44,102 bases of DNA, taken from the IMG/VR virus record IMGVR_UViG_3300026511_000009, positions 1 through 44,102 of that record. One strand, given 5' to 3'. The stretch is from a virus (Duplodnaviria > Caudoviricetes). Every line of letters starts with the position of its first letter. Position 1 is the stretch's first letter. This document shows, piece by piece, positions 8,879-24,200 of this stretch. The position numbers and the translations under genes are program-made. The notes under the pieces are model-generated. The model ran no database searches and had not been told where the DNA came from. It worked only from the letters and a program-made list of their open reading frames with translations.

Positions 8879-11800
8879 ATGGCAACATATATAAAAGGAG
8901 CGGATACGTACTTACCAAATACTAAACCGTTTACACCGGATTATAAATTTTTATCTACGGTTTTACAAACTAGAACGGATAAGTATAATGCTAACTATAA
9001 AGCTACAAATGACATATACAATAGAGTTGTTTATTCTGACTTATCAAGAGAAGATACAAGAGAAAGAAGAGATCAGTATACAGAACAAATAGCACCTCAG
9101 ATTGAAAAGATATCTGGGTTAGACTTATCTATACAATCTAATGTTGACGCTGCCAAAGGTGTCTTTGCACCATTCTATGAAGATGATGTTACAGTGAAAG
9201 ATATGGTATTTACATCAAGATATAGAGATCAATCACAAAGAGCACAGAACTTATTAAATTCTCCTGATCAAACAGTACAAGAAAAATACTGGGATGTTGG
9301 AGTAAGGGCTATGCAATATAAAATGGATGAGTTTATTAATTCTGATGCTGAAGATGCATTAAGAATGGCGCTTCCTCAATATGTACCAAAAGCTAATTTA
9401 TTTAAACTTAGTTCTGAGTTATTATCTAATATGGATCCTCCGTTAAATATGGAGATGGATAGATTTAATTCATCTAAAAATCCAAATTATAATCCTAATA
9501 TACCTGAGTCAAGAGAAAATCCAAAACTAATATATAATACCGATTGGATTATTACTGAGCAAAATGGTGCTTTAGTTACAGGGGCTGCATTACAGACAAT
9601 TAAAAATAATCTTTTAACTAATCCTGCCGTACAAAGATCATATCAAACAGAAGCATATGTATCAAGTATGGACCGGGCTCATGAAGCTGTAAAAAATGGT
9701 GTAGCTACATCTATTTCTAATGGTCAAGATATGTGGGCTGAAGAAACTATAAGAAGAATAGCAACTAATAATAAAGTTGAATTAAGCAATGATCTTGAGT
9801 CTTTACGTAAAGCAGAAGCTTCTGCAGTTAATTGGTCTAATTTCAAAGGGTCAAATGGAATTGTACCAGGCGGACAATTAGATAAATTAAATAAAGAACA
9901 GTTATCTACTTTAGAAAAGTATAAACTAGAAATTGAATCTAAAAAGCAAATAGCACTAGAAGCGGAAAGACCAAGCCCTACAAGAAATAATCTTCTTAAT
10001 AAAGCATATAATTTATATATGCAAAGTAATATTAGTAATGATATGCAAAGTGCAGCACAAGATTGGAGTGCTAGAAATTACACTCGTAAGATGACTGCTA
10101 ATCCATTTGCTGTTGATGAGAAGAAGGCTAAGTATGACATGGCTCAAATTAATGCACGTAGTCGAAATCAACTTATCAGAGATAGAATTAATAATGATAG
10201 AAAGGATGCTAATACTGTATTAGACAAAGGTTATAAATATGATAAGGATGGTAATCTTATTAAATTACCATGGGCAGAAGTTTCAAATTCAATGAGCTCG
10301 CCATTTAATAAAGGATCCGTAACATTTAGTGATCCAAATGCACTAGATTTTAAAACAGAAAATAATAAAATTAATAAAAATGAAGATGTCATAGGTGACT
10401 TTTTTGTTGACCATGCGAACGATCTAAATACAATATTACCCGTTAAACTTGATGCTATATTTGGAAATACTGAAAGTCCTGGTATGCTTGCAATCTTAAA
10501 CCCACTTGGTAATACTGAAAATGAAAATTCAGAGTATACTATAACTATACCAGGAAAAAATGAATATATATCAGAACCTATAGTTCTTCAAGGTAATATT
10601 GCAAGTTTAAAAAGGCAAATATTAAATCAAGCAGAAAGCAATCCAGAACTAATAAATAAAATCTATACTCAAATTAAATCTAATTTTACAGATACAGAAA
10701 AACTAACATTAGCAGATCCTAATTTAACTACTGGTTATAATAAATCTTTATATGCAGGAATGATTAAAAGATTAAACGAGATTGATCAGAAACAAAATGG
10801 TATAGATGTACGGGGTCAAGAAATACATAAAGTTGCCTTAAATGCTGCAGAAATAAATGATATATCAAATACGGTACAAAACAATAAAGACATAAAAGGA
10901 TTTATTGATAATGGATTTCCTTCATCTATTTTTACAAGTGATGGTATGATAGAAAGTTTAGAAGATTATCAGACTAGAGTAATTGGTTTAGTTAAGGAAG
11001 GGGTTGCAACAAATTATGATGCAATTGGAATTGATAAAGGTACAAGCGATAAGAAATATTATAAAGATATGGATCTAAGTACTGGTAAAAAAGAATATTT
11101 AAATTTTATTGATGAATCATTTGTTCGTGAAAACGGGACAACTGGTTCAAGGACTATAAGAGAGTATTCAGATGTTCCGTTTAAAAACGCTAGAATAAGT
11201 AAACCAGTTACTTCAATAATGTACACTGATGATACAGAAAGGGTAGTTAGATCAGAAAATAAAAATCAACTTGATCCTTTAACTAGACGAAAAGTACGAG
11301 TAATTGATGAATATCAAATTAAATTAGAAGCAGCTAAAGTTTATAATGCAGTTTATAATGAATTGAATGCAGCTCTTCAAGGAAGAAGAGATATAAACAC
11401 TCCTTCAACTTCATATGCTTCATTGTTAGAGGGAGTGCGTGGTGAAACATACTCTAATCTAGGGAATAATCCTGCATTTAATATGCCTGTGAATCCACTT
11501 AATCCAACTCCAGGCGCAGTAAAATTTTTAGCAGACTTTAATAATCAGATAAATGACATGAAATCAAAGGGTATTATTTATGGTGTTGGACTTGGTGATA
11601 TACAGAATCAAGATGAAAAATTAAAACAAGATCCTTTAGCATTAGAAGTTCTTGAGGCTTATACACAGGATATGTCTAGTTGGTTAAATCAAAAAAGCAG
11701 CCCAACATCTTCAAAAAATTCTCCAATATCTAATATTGCTTATTATCCTGTATATGGTGTAGCAAAAGCAGGTAATAAAAATAGTGCAGCGTATAAAGTA

Positions 11801-12289
11801 AATCAATTTTCTAACTGGATAGAAGGTCAAAGAAAGAGATTTGGTGATGAAAAGGTAGATAAGATAAAAGATGCAGGTGGAATTTTTATTGTATTTCCTC
11901 AAGATAATGATCTTAATTCTAAATCTAAAAATAATAGATATGACTCTAAAGTATTTAATGATATAATGGCTAGTGGTAGTAATTATAAAAATTATTATGG
12001 AGGTAAAGATAATGGAATAACCGATTCAGGTGAATTAAGAATAACAAGAAATGGAACTGGTAACTATACTATGATACTTACAACAAATGAATATAACCCT
12101 AAACCAAGTGACCCAGATAAATTACAAAATTGGAAAGAGTATACTAGTTCAACTAGTGGTCCAAAACCCATGAGTTTTGCTAATGATCTAAGGGGTATTG
12201 ATTTACATGTTGAAGAGTTAATTGAAGATATGAGAAAGTTGGAAGCACGAAATTCTAGATTAAGAAAACTAGATCAACAAAAAAATTAA
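8879..12289 (+). CDS. Large putative ejected/virion cargo protein
   Basis: 1136-aa ORF immediately upstream of the vRNAP gene. No catalytic motif recognised. Confidence 0.6.
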   Translation: MATYIKGADTYLPNTKPFTPDYKFLSTVLQTRTDKYNANYKATNDIYNRVVYSDLSREDTRERRDQYTEQIAPQIEKISGLDLSIQSNVDAAKGVFAPFYEDDVTVKDMVFTSRYRDQSQRAQNLLNSPDQTVQEKYWDVGVRAMQYKMDEFINSDAEDALRMALPQYVPKANLFKLSSELLSNMDPPLNMEMDRFNSSKNPNYNPNIPESRENPKLIYNTDWIITEQNGALVTGAALQTIKNNLLTNPAVQRSYQTEAYVSSMDRAHEAVKNGVATSISNGQDMWAEETIRRIATNNKVELSNDLESLRKAEASAVNWSNFKGSNGIVPGGQLDKLNKEQLSTLEKYKLEIESKKQIALEAERPSPTRNNLLNKAYNLYMQSNISNDMQSAAQDWSARNYTRKMTANPFAVDEKKAKYDMAQINARSRNQLIRDRINNDRKDANTVLDKGYKYDKDGNLIKLPWAEVSNSMSSPFNKGSVTFSDPNALDFKTENNKINKNEDVIGDFFVDHANDLNTILPVKLDAIFGNTESPGMLAILNPLGNTENENSEYTITIPGKNEYISEPIVLQGNIASLKRQILNQAESNPELINKIYTQIKSNFTDTEKLTLADPNLTTGYNKSLYAGMIKRLNEIDQKQNGIDVRGQEIHKVALNAAEINDISNTVQNNKDIKGFIDNGFPSSIFTSDGMIESLEDYQTRVIGLVKEGVATNYDAIGIDKGTSDKKYYKDMDLSTGKKEYLNFIDESFVRENGTTGSRTIREYSDVPFKNARISKPVTSIMYTDDTERVVRSENKNQLDPLTRRKVRVIDEYQIKLEAAKVYNAVYNELNAALQGRRDINTPSTSYASLLEGVRGETYSNLGNNPAFNMPVNPLNPTPGAVKFLADFNNQINDMKSKGIIYGVGLGDIQNQDEKLKQDPLALEVLEAYTQDMSSWLNQKSSPTSSKNSPISNIAYYPVYGVAKAGNKNSAAYKVNQFSNWIEGQRKRFGDEKVDKIKDAGGIFIVFPQDNDLNSKSKNNRYDSKVFNDIMASGSNYKNYYGGKDNGITDSGELRITRNGTGNYTMILTTNEYNPKPSDPDKLQNWKEYTSSTSGPKPMSFANDLRGIDLHVEELIEDMRKLEARNSRLRKLDQQKN

Positions 12290-12295
12290 AAGTAA

Positions 12296-15200
12296 ATGGA
12301 AAACGGATCTAATAAACCATTAGCACAAGAAATTAAAAATCAGGAAAGACCAGCTCCAAGTATAATACCTGAAGGACAGTTTCGTTTTGAGCCTATAGCA
12401 GAAATGTTTGAGACTCCTGACACTAAATTTAACGACTATTTGATGAGTAGTAGTTTAGCAGCTGACGATTTTTCAGGAGTAAATCAATATAAAACTGATA
12501 TAGATAGATATGGTATTGATGCTATGGCATCTTTAGGAGTTGCTATTCCTAGTTTTGCAACAGATACTTATAATCCAGTTTCTCAAAATGTTCCTGATAG
12601 AAAACTAAATGCGGGTTCCATTATTGATCGTTTATCAGATTTAGAATCTAAACCTTTCTATGAAAAAAGATTATCCCCTATATTTTCTGGAATGAGGCAA
12701 AATCAATTTTTAAGATATTATAATCATCCAGAGTTTGATAAGTTAGGGTATTCTCCATATTCTAATATGGAAAATTATTATAATGCAAATTCAACTATTT
12801 GGGATGATTTTAGCAGAATGGGTGGTCAATGGATGTCTCTTGCTGGTACCGGATTAAATTCTGTATATGGATCAATGTTTAGTGGTGGTGATTACTTTCA
12901 ACCAGATACTGAATCAGCAACTGAGTTTGAAGATATAATGGGCATTGGATCATCAACAAGAGGTGGTGTTGGAGGATTTATAAATAACTTAGCAGCTAAC
13001 TCTGCATACACAGGAGGCATACTTGCTTCAATAGCTATTGAAGAGCTTATACTTGCCGGTGGAGCAGCACTTTCAGGAGGAACATTAACTGGAGCTGCTA
13101 TGGCAAAGACAGCTGCAAATGCTGCAAGAGGTGTAAAAAGTTTATTTAGTTTTACTAAGCTATTTGATAGAACAAGAAAAATTTTAGAAAAGGCTAAGCA
13201 AATTGATACGGCAAGAGATTTTTATAATGCTTCTGTTACAGGTGGTAAAATGGTGGTTAATACTTTAGGTAAAGGATTTACACCAAATACTGTAAAAGCA
13301 TTTCAAAATATGAAGACTGCCCAGAATGCTGGACAAAATATGAGCAATCTTGCTAAGATGGGTACTGGCTTTGGAGGTTTCTATAGAGATATTAGAGCAG
13401 TAAACTTAGCAATGGCTGAGAGTAAACTTGAATCAGGAATGGTTTATAACAAAGTAATGCAGCAAGGTCTTACAGATGCTAATAACTTTAGTGGAGGGCA
13501 GGGTATTACTGATGGAAGAGATGTTGCTAATGCAGCTAATCAAGCAGCATTTAAAACTATGTTGGCTAATGCTCCACTTATATATGCTAGTAACTGGTTT
13601 GTTATTGGTAATGCACTGGGTGGTTTCCAAAGAGGTATACAAAGATCTTTAGGTTCTACTTTTCAATCAGGTGTAAATAAAAATATTATAAATACTGCAG
13701 GTAAGAAAGTTATAAATGGTGCAGGTGAAGTAATTAAAAACCCATTTAAATATATAGGACCTGGATTTAAAAGTACTGTAGCAAAAGTTAAAGCAGGTGG
13801 AGTTGCAGGACTTGCTGGTTCAGGAGGTATGGCAATGCTTAACTATTTTGCTGCAAACGTTGCAGAAGGTATACAGGAAATTGGACAAGAAGCTATTTCA
13901 GCAGCAACTACAGGTTATTATACAGAAATACTAAACAATCCTGCTCAAGGTGGAGAGGCCCTTAAGAATCAAATGATACTATCAGCAATGGGAGATCAGT
14001 TTTCTTCACAAGGAGCAGGTACATTCTTGTCTGGTTTCTTAATGGGTGGTTTAGTAAGTGGTCCTCAAAAATTATTTTTTCAAGGTGTACCTTCTATATA
14101 TAAATTTGGTTTGCAAGAAGCTGGTATTGGCTTAGCAAGTAAATCTCAGAAAGAAGCATATTCTGAGTATAAGACTAATAGAGAAACAATGATTAATAAA
14201 GTTGTTGACTCTTATAACAAATCTTGGAATTCACAAGCAGTTGATCCTTCAAGTCTATTTGATTTAAATAGACTAAACTTTATGGTTCAAAAAGAGCTAG
14301 CTGAAAATATAAAAAGTGGCCTTGAAATATTTGGTCATGTTGACAATGCAGATAGAGCTAAGTTCCAACAATATTATACCATGTTTGCTGGTAATGGATC
14401 TTATCATTTTAAAAATCAACTGCGAGGATTTTTAGAACTATCTGATGCAGAATTATCTCAAGCGTTTCCTGGTGTATCTAATAAAGATAAGAAAGATGGT
14501 AAGTTAAGAGGGCGTATTAATGATATGCTTGTTGGCATTGATAAGATGGAAGAGTCTTATAATAAGAATAAAGATAAATATAAAAATCCATTTGATAGAA
14601 GTAAATTTAATCCAAAGACACAACAAAGACAGTATGTAGACGAAATGCTTAATGAAGAAGCGTATGAACATGTACGTTATTTATATATGTTTACTAATGA
14701 TGGATTTACCAGAGCATTAGAAAGAGCAGATGGTATTTATTCTAAGTTGCAATCTGATCCTTTATTTGATAAAATGTCTGCAAATGATATAACTAGTTTG
14801 CTTGATGAGAAATCAATTCAAAATGAGATAGATATGTTAAACCTTGAAGTGATTGCAACTAAAGGTGCAACTCAAGGTATTGGAGAATCTAACAAAACCA
14901 AAAGAGAAAAAATTAAAAGATTACAAGCTATTCAAAAGATTATTTCTGATCCACAAAATAGATTTAAGAATGGAACCTTTAAAAGAAACAAACTTTTAAA
15001 AGGAAAGCTTAGAAATGAGTTTAGAAACTATGTAAGATTTATGGCATCTACTGAGGGAACATTTGCTGATGAATCTAAAATTGATGCAGCCCTTGAGCAA
15101 ATTGTTGATTATGGAGCATTAAAAGGAAGAGCACGTGTATATGATAAAGCTATTCAATATATGCAAAATCCTGAAAAATTTTCTGAAATTCAACAAAGAG

Positions 15201-18200
15201 CATATGAAGTAAATAAAGAAATCTATAATCAGCGTTCTAAGATTACTGAATCAATGGTAAAACAATATGTAGATATTGTTGAGGCAAATGAACTAATAAA
15301 TCAGTTAGGTAAGATAGGTGTTTATGCAGCTACAGGGGAAACACAAATGTTTTTACAAACAGGTAATGCTGCATTCTTACAAACCTTTTATGATGATAAT
15401 GGTAGAGTACAGCCAGAAGTGCATACAATATTATATAAGCAAATTCAAGATTATTTAACGGATTATAAAGAGACAAGAGCAGAGCAAGATAAAAAAGACA
15501 ACCCACAAACCGAAGAGGAAATTGCAATTGAAGAAAGTGAAGAAACAAGGTCTTCACTTGATTTACTTTTAGAAAAGTCAGGTATAGACATAAAGATTAA
15601 TGCAAGCACTAATAGCCCTTTATTAGTTAAAGCATTAGAAAGAAGTTATAAAAGCTATAGAGCAAAACAAGCAAGATTAGGTTTGCCTATTTTAGATAGT
15701 ACTAACTGGATGAGTTCTGCAGAAGCTATAAATATTAGAAATGTTATTAATGCAATTAAAAAAGTATGGGCATCAGGGCAATCTGAAATTGGTGTAGAAG
15801 GAATTCTTGAATTTAATAATCCATTAGAATCAGATGTAATAAAAGGTGATATTGGATTTGAAGAGTTTTTACTTGACTCTGAAGTATTAATTAATAATCC
15901 AATTATAACATCTATATTAAACCAATCAGGAGTTGATATGGCTGATATAGTTGAGAGTCCAGATGTAAAATTAGAAGAAGGTCAAGCTCTAGAAAACACA
16001 CCACAAATAAAATTCTATAAGGCGGGTGTTATTGCCGACGTATATAAAATATCTGTAGTAGAGAAAGACACCGAAGAAATTGTAGAGAACTACAAGTTTT
16101 TAGATAAAAAAGGCAATGAACTTTCAAAAGATATTATTGAGTTTTTAGATACTAACTTTGGCTCTATTCTAGCATCTTTCAACGCAAATGAAGTTAAAAA
16201 AGTTACAAATGCTTTAGATGCCTTAAATAAGAACCTTGTAGATTCATCAACATCTTTTGATTTTGATGGAGTATCAGGATTAACATATGGTCAGGTTATA
16301 TATAAAGACGGTATAAAATATATTATTGTTCAAGATCCACTCTCTTCTAAAAAGTACGGTGAGAATCAAAAACTTAAAATAATTAAAGAGTCTGATAATA
16401 TAGGCCCTATTGCAGAAAGAAAGGTTTTGTTTATATCACAAGGAGAGTTCAAAGATAAGTTTACTTTAGAGGAAACTACATTTAATTTAATACCAGATTC
16501 TGTTACTAAGATTCAAATACAAGATCTTACTACTTTATATCCACATGTAAATTACACTGAGGGAAGTACGGAGTCTGATAACGTTAATGCAAAAGAAAGA
16601 TATAATGCTATTCTTAGCATGTTAACAGCAAAAGAAATAGAAGGCTTACAATTAGTTGTTACTCTTGATTCACAAGGTGGGACTAATACTGGATCATATG
16701 CAGTTAAAAATAGAGCTGGAAAAGTATATAAAGAAGGCAACCCATTAATAGATAGATTACGTAGTAAATACATAGTTGGTATAAGAATACAATCTCCAGA
16801 ATTAGCTGCATCAATTAATGAAAGGCTAGAAGAGATGGGTATTGAACCATCTAATAGTCCAGAAGGTGTCTTTGCATATTTGAATAATGAATCTTTTTTA
16901 ATTAGAGATCAACGTACAGGTAACCCTATAGATCCTAGATCTATGACTAGAGAACAAGCAAGTAATGTTATTCTTGCTCAGAAAAACTTAAATGCAGAAC
17001 AAAAACAACAGGCACTTGAGCGTGTACATAATGCGTTTGCATTAAACGCACTTGTAGTTCAAACGTTTGACAATTTAAATATAGATGAAGATGTAACTTA
17101 CATTATGGCAAATTCAAAAGATTTACCTTTTGGATTAAATTTAACTCCAGGAGGAGGACAAGTTGCATATGCCAAATCTAGAGAAAGAGTTTATCCTTTA
17201 TCTATGGATGAATTACAGTATAGTACTGCAGATCAGGAAGGCAATCTATTTGTATTTGATTTAAAATATGATAGAAAAACAGGTAGGAGAATTTATGACT
17301 TTAGTACAAATTTAAAAGGTGAAGAAAGAAACTCTCTAGAAAATGCAATAGAAGCACAGCTTAAAAAGCAAGATCAATGGGATAATTTATTAAAAGCTGG
17401 TAAGGGAACGGATAGATATCTAGCTATGGTTAGACTGCCCAATGGTACATACGTAAAGGTAAATTTAACACCTAGAAAATTAACAAAAGAAGATTTAGAA
17501 GGTGAAGTAGTTAAAAATAAAAAAACAGGAGAAGCAGAACTTGTAACAACAGGTATATATAGAGATATAGTAGAAGCAGCCAGAAGAATAGGCAATATAA
17601 AAGATCAAGAAAAAGGGATAGAGGAAGCTGATAAATTTAATAAAGAGTTATCAGAAAAGTTATTTTTAAGTAGTTTTCCCGGCAATCTTATAGAGATAAA
17701 TGTATCACCAAGTGGTACTATTTATATTTCTTTTGATAATAAAGATGCTAATATAAGTTTGGATATTGGTTTAACTACAGAAGAGGTTAATGTAACAGAT
17801 AAATCTGCTAAAGATCTAATTGATGATTTAGTTGCGAAATTTAATCTTAATGCTGATGTAGAAAAATATAATGCAACTTTAGAAGTTAAAAACTTTAGAG
17901 CATCTTTTGCAAAAAATGTATCACCTCAAGAAATATATGATAATACTACTACAGAAGTATTAAAACAAGTAGTAAGAAAACAAACTGTAGAAATTTCAGC
18001 TAGTTCAGATGCTTTACAACTATCACGTGATATAGCTTTTATTCCTAATACAGATAAAAGCAATGAGCTAGAAATAGAATCTGCACTAGGTAGAGATAAA
18101 CCTACAGCAGCAGAAGCAGAATATTCTGTATCAGATATGGAAGAATCTGAGTTTGAAGAAATGATTGATGAGAATAATTTTGGAGATTATAAAGAAAATA

Positions 18201-21200
18201 TTGAGCATGTTGTAAATGCAATACTTAGAGGTATAGAGTTAAGTTCACGTGAAAAACAATTAATGAAGAATGATGTCTTCAGCCAATCAGTTATTTTACA
18301 AGTTACAAAGCAAGGGGGTCCAGGTTCATTAGCTATTGAAAAAAATAAAAAGACAACAAAGCTTGATGCTGTTAAAGCTGAGCTAGAATCTCTCAGAGTA
18401 AAGTTAGAAGAAGGCCTGACTAATAAGAGGGATAAAGCATTAGCTATTATGAATAGCAAGGAGTATCAAGATCTATTAGCTAAAAGAAAAAAAATAGAAA
18501 GAGGTGCTAATAAGTTAGTGCAAGCATCTTCTGAAGCAGAGCGCATTGATGATTACAATGAATTTTTAGATTGGGCAAGCGATAATTTACCAGATATAAT
18601 TGGTATAGAAGATCTAATAACTCTTGCTGATAATGGTATTTCAAAAGGATATGAAAGGGTTGGTTCTTTTGTTTTAAACTTAGATAGAATAGCAAATGGT
18701 GTTGATGTAAATGGTACTATATATACTAGCCCATTAAGTCCATATAAATATCATGAAGCTTTCCATAGTATCTTTAGAACTGTCCTTACTCAAGAACAGA
18801 TTGATAGATATAGAAGGATTGCTAAACCAGAAGTAAAAGCTAAGTATGGGTCTAAATACAAAACAGAATTAGAAAAGTTTAGAAATTCTGCTCAGCAATA
18901 TCAAGATATGTCTGATATTGAACTGGAAAATGAGTTTATTGAAGAGTATATGGCTGATGAGTTTGAGGCATTTAAAAAGAATCCAAGAAGCTCTAAAACA
19001 AATACAGAAATAAAATCATTCTTTACTAAATTAATAGAATGGATTAAAGGTGTACTCTCTAAGTATTCTTCTATGGAGTTACTTACATTATATGAAAACA
19101 TAGACGCTGGTAAATTTAAAAATGCACCTATCCAACTTAATGAGTTTACTCAACTTGAAAATTCTTTAGGTGGATCAATTAGTGTTGCTAATGCACTAGT
19201 TAGATATGATACTGCTTCTAAAGTAGTAGAAAAAGGAGAGCCTGTGGGACAACTATATGTTGATTCAGATGTAATAGATCCGTTAATTAGGTCTATGGCT
19301 GGTATGTTTATAAATAGAGTAAAAGAACTTTCTCTAACTGGAGATGACTATAGTTCTTCTGATATTTATGATGATCTTTCACTTGACTTTATTGTAATGC
19401 TTGATCCAGATGGAGAAGCAAATAAAGGTTTTTCTGGAGTTAAAAAAGAATATCTTAAACAACTGAATGATGCATTTACAAATTATCCAGAGGATATTAA
19501 AAAAGAAGTTTTTAATTTGATTAATATAATTTCTGGCATGGATCAGGCTAATCAATTAAAAATAGAAAATATTGAAGATGCATCGGGTATAAGAACTACA
19601 AGTGACTTTAATAAAGCTGTGTCTGAAATAGGCGGCTTCAATTCTTTATCATACAAAGTAAGATCATATATAGCAACTACAACTATGGTTGGTACTGATT
19701 TCTTTGGTAAAACAGAGTTAACAGAAGGAGAGCCTTTAATTGTACCGGTTAAGTTTAATGAAGCCTATACGGCATTGCTTAAATCAGTTTCAAATGAAAG
19801 TAATGCTGCTATAATGCTTAAGAGAATGTACTCATACTCTAGATTAAATCCACAAGGTAAAGCGGTAGTAGATAAACTATTTAATGACACAGGTTTAACA
19901 ATAGAAGCCTTAACTTCTTCTGAACCTTTTAAAGATGTTACGGATGGTTCTTTGTTAATTTCAATACTAAAAGGATTTGAAAACTATAAGGTTGATTACT
20001 TATTTAATGAAAGAGATTCTGATGGTAACTTATTAGTATATACCGCATCTGAAAGAGATGATATTAATGCTCAGTTAGATGAATGGTCTCAAGCATATAT
20101 AACAAAAAGAAAACTTGCTGTAGCTAATCCAGAAAAAGTAAAAAACTTTCTAAGATTAACAAAGGATATGAAAGAAGTTATGACATCATATCCAGAAGAT
20201 ACATCTATGGTATATCAAAAGTCTAGAGAATTTTCTGAACGAATGTTTGATTTAATAGGTATTAGATTAAGTCCTAATTATATTGCTTATAGTATTGCTA
20301 AAGTTAAAACAGAAGAAGATTTAGCAGATAGCCCTGAGCTAAAAGCATTAAAAGACGGATATACAGATGAATCAATTACAGATGAATTACTAGATCAACT
20401 ATATGAAGGTTTAAGTACAAACAGTGATATATTTTCTACTAAGGAAGATGGAATGGCATCAAGACTTACTAAATTAAGTCTTGCAAATGCTAAGATGGAT
20501 GAAACTATTGGTGCATCTACATTTGTAAATCCTAATGGTGATATAGTATATGGGCATCAGTTACCTACGTTCCATTTAAAAACAATGGCTGCTCTTAATA
20601 ATCAAGCAAAAATAAATGAGTTGCTCAATGACGAATTCTTATCAAATAACTATTTGCTTAAGAATGAAGCGTTTTTAAATTTATCTAGAGAAAATAGATT
20701 GAAGATAATTAGAGTTGCCGGTAGTAAAATTAAAGAAAAAATTACTGCTGCTGATAATGATCAAATAACTGAAGATTTATTAAATGAATCTATATCAGGA
20801 AATAAAGCTACTCAAAGCTTTGGTGAATTTACCGCACAAGAGTTTGCTATATCTCTTATAAATAATTACACGTCAAACTTTAATAGAAGAACAGGTGTAG
20901 TTGAAACAGTAAATGGTAAAGATGAACAGAAAGTTGCATTGTCCCCTGTATTTTTAAGAGTAATGGAAGCCGCTAATACAGGAGACTTGGCTTCTTTACC
21001 TGTAATAAAAGCAGTTACAAATAAGAATGGTAATATTGTTCTTACAGCAGAAGCCGTAAATACTTTTGTAAATAGTATAGAAGCTGAGTTTAATAGAATT
21101 AGTGCAGAGCTATTAGCATTTGAAACTGAACCAGGCAACATTGAAGGTTTTAATAATGAGAAAAGTAATAGAGCAGATAAGGGTAGAGCTTTTAAATTTA

Positions 21201-24200
21201 CTAACAATGATCTTTTACTTTCTGAAACAACTAAAAAAGCACTGATAGAAGTTGCTACAGAAAAAGCTAAACTAGGTGAAACTGTTTCTCTTAAAGAAGC
21301 TATATTATTGGCGACTGGAGTAACAAGCTCATCTATGAGAGCTGAACTTAATGATAGTTTGGAAAATAGCTTTAAAGATTTTATGGATTTACTTACATCT
21401 TTAAATGTAAAGAATAATCTATCTACACAAGTATTAAAAGGATTAGACGCTTCTAATAGTGGTTCAAAACCTAATGTTAACTTATCTATGTTAAAGTTAA
21501 ACCTCACAACTGACAGCACTTATAATTTAAAACAAATATTTTTTAATAACTATATTAACTCAAAAGCATTAAATGATTTATTTCTTGGTGATCAAGCTAT
21601 AAGTCTAAAGAGTATGGTTGATAAAGTTAAAAGAGCTAAGTTGCAAAATGCAGCATACTATAGTGCATATAGTGAAATCATTGATCCTAGCAAAGGTATA
21701 ACACATGCTAGTACTAATTTTGATTTATATCCGTTTCAAGATCCAATAGCTAAATCTGATTTTACAGGTAATGATATAGAGCTGGCTGATGCACAAGTTT
21801 ACATTACTACAAAAGGTATACGTTATTCAACATTTGGATTTGGAAGATTAAGTCCTGCAATGGCAGCAATGCTAGATACTATTGATAAAGGAGATACTAT
21901 AAGTGCTGATAGAGCATGGGGTTCTAAAGAAGGTTCAATTAACTTATCAAAGCAGCAAGACTTTATAAATTCTAAAAAGTTTGTATACATGGATGGTAAG
22001 ACAGCTTTAAAAATGTCTGTTACTGTACTAACTAAAGAGTATACATCTAAATATAATAAAGACACTGGCATATGGGAAGCTAAACCTAATATGAAGCAGC
22101 TCCATTATTTACGTGAGCAAATGGAAGCCAATGAAGAAGTAAATCAAAACTTTGCTATGGCAGCACCTACTTCAGCTATGAAAATGTTGAAGCAAGGAGT
22201 TAACTCACTTACATCAAATCAATTTGATATAACTGATGATTTAAATTCTATTAATTTAGATACTTCATATCTTGGTCTACAAGTTATAAATCCTTCTAAT
22301 AAAACTGTAATAACTGACCTGAATCAAATAAAGGAGCTTATAACTTCTGAACAAGATGATAATGTTAAAGTATTTATAAAAGGGAGTCCAGAGTTAGATA
22401 CTGTAGGAAAAGTAAAAGAAGCATATAATAAAGCAGTTAGCGAAAGAGTAATTTTAAAGTACAAAAACAAAAGAAATTTAGTTTTTAGTTTTGATACAGC
22501 ACTTGATGAATTTGAACTATCAAAAGAAAAAGGTTCAATAACACCTAACCTTGCAGCATTTTTATTAGAAGCACAACAAGGCCTTATGGCTTCAGGTGCA
22601 ACTTCAAATTTACTTGAGTTTTTTGCTGTTGAAGATGGAGTTCAAAAATATAATTTGAATAGTCCTGTGACTGCTAAAAAGTTTGAGCAGCTTTTCTTAA
22701 CATACTTTAGTAAAGGTACACTAAGAGAAAAAGTACCTGGTACTTCAGTTGCATTACTGTCTTCATTTGGTCATAAGGTTTATAGACGTGTGTATGAAAT
22801 GGAAAATGGTATGCCTAGTAGATCTGAAATTGTAAGAGAAAGCGCTTATAATGGGGAAGGTTTAGAAGATATAAATAATCTTATTGATGGTAAATACGAT
22901 GGTGTTCTTGTTCTTGATGTTTTAAGAACGGGTGTTATGGAATATAAAAATGATGATGTTGTAAATGGTGAGCCTACAGGAATAAGGTATAGTGAAAGTA
23001 TTATGCCTGCTATGGATAAAAATATAATGGAGTTAATTCAAGAAAACCCAAATGCTTCAATACCACCTGTAATAGCTAAAATGTTTGGGGTACGTATACC
23101 TACACAGGATAAGCATTCTGCAATAAATATAAGAATTGTTGATTTTATGCCTGTGTATTACGGTTCTACTGCAATATTTCCTAAAGAACTTGTAGAAATA
23201 TCAGGAGCGGATTTTGATATTGATAAAGTATATGCGTTAACAAAAGAATACTACTTAGATGGTAATAAAAACTTTAGAACATATGGTAATCGAGATGGAA
23301 ACTCTTATTTTGAGTATGTCAAGTACATGAACTTAAAATCATCTGAACCCAATAACATATTTAGTAAAGCATCTTCTTTATATAAAGATAAAACTCTTGC
23401 TATAAGAAGAAGTAATGCTTTAACTGAAGAAGAAAAAAATATAGTTACTGATGATAAAGCTGTAAACAAGATTAGTGAAGAAGCTCTTAGAGCAATGTTG
23501 ATATTAGGTTTACCTGTTACTAAAGCGCAATTTAAATCATACGTTGAAAAACACGGATCACCAAATGAAGCAGTATTAAATAATAATATTTTAGACTATA
23601 GATATACTTTAGCCGGCAACACTGGTGTAACAGGTAAAACATTAAAGTCTATTGATCAGGATAATGGAGAAGGTAAATCTGATTTGCCTATAGCTTATCA
23701 AGCAGCTGATTTAAAAATGCTAGAAGATTTATTTGATGAGCTTTCTGAAATTGAGGGTATAGAATTATTTGCAAGTAGAAAAGATTCTGATGTAGATGTT
23801 GATACGCTACACGGTATGGTAAGAGCTTTTGAAGCAAATAAAGGTGCTGCAATTGGTGCCATTGTAAAACCTAATGTAGCTTTAAGTTTATTACGTGAAT
23901 ATAAAATTAAATTAAAGAGACCTATAAAATTTGATGGTAATGAATATGATGGATTTACTAAAAGTAAAATAAATGGAGAAAGAATACAAGATATTATTTC
24001 TACTTTAGTTACAATGGAGACTGATAATGCTAAAGAGCGTTTGATAGCTAAATTTGGCCTTAATAAACATGCTGTTGGTTTAGTTGGTAATATGGTTTCT
24101 TTGGGAATTCCACTAAGAACTTCAATTTTATTAGTAAACTCTGCTGAAATAAGGGAGTTATATAATCTAGCTTTATATAAAAAAAATAAGTATGATGCAA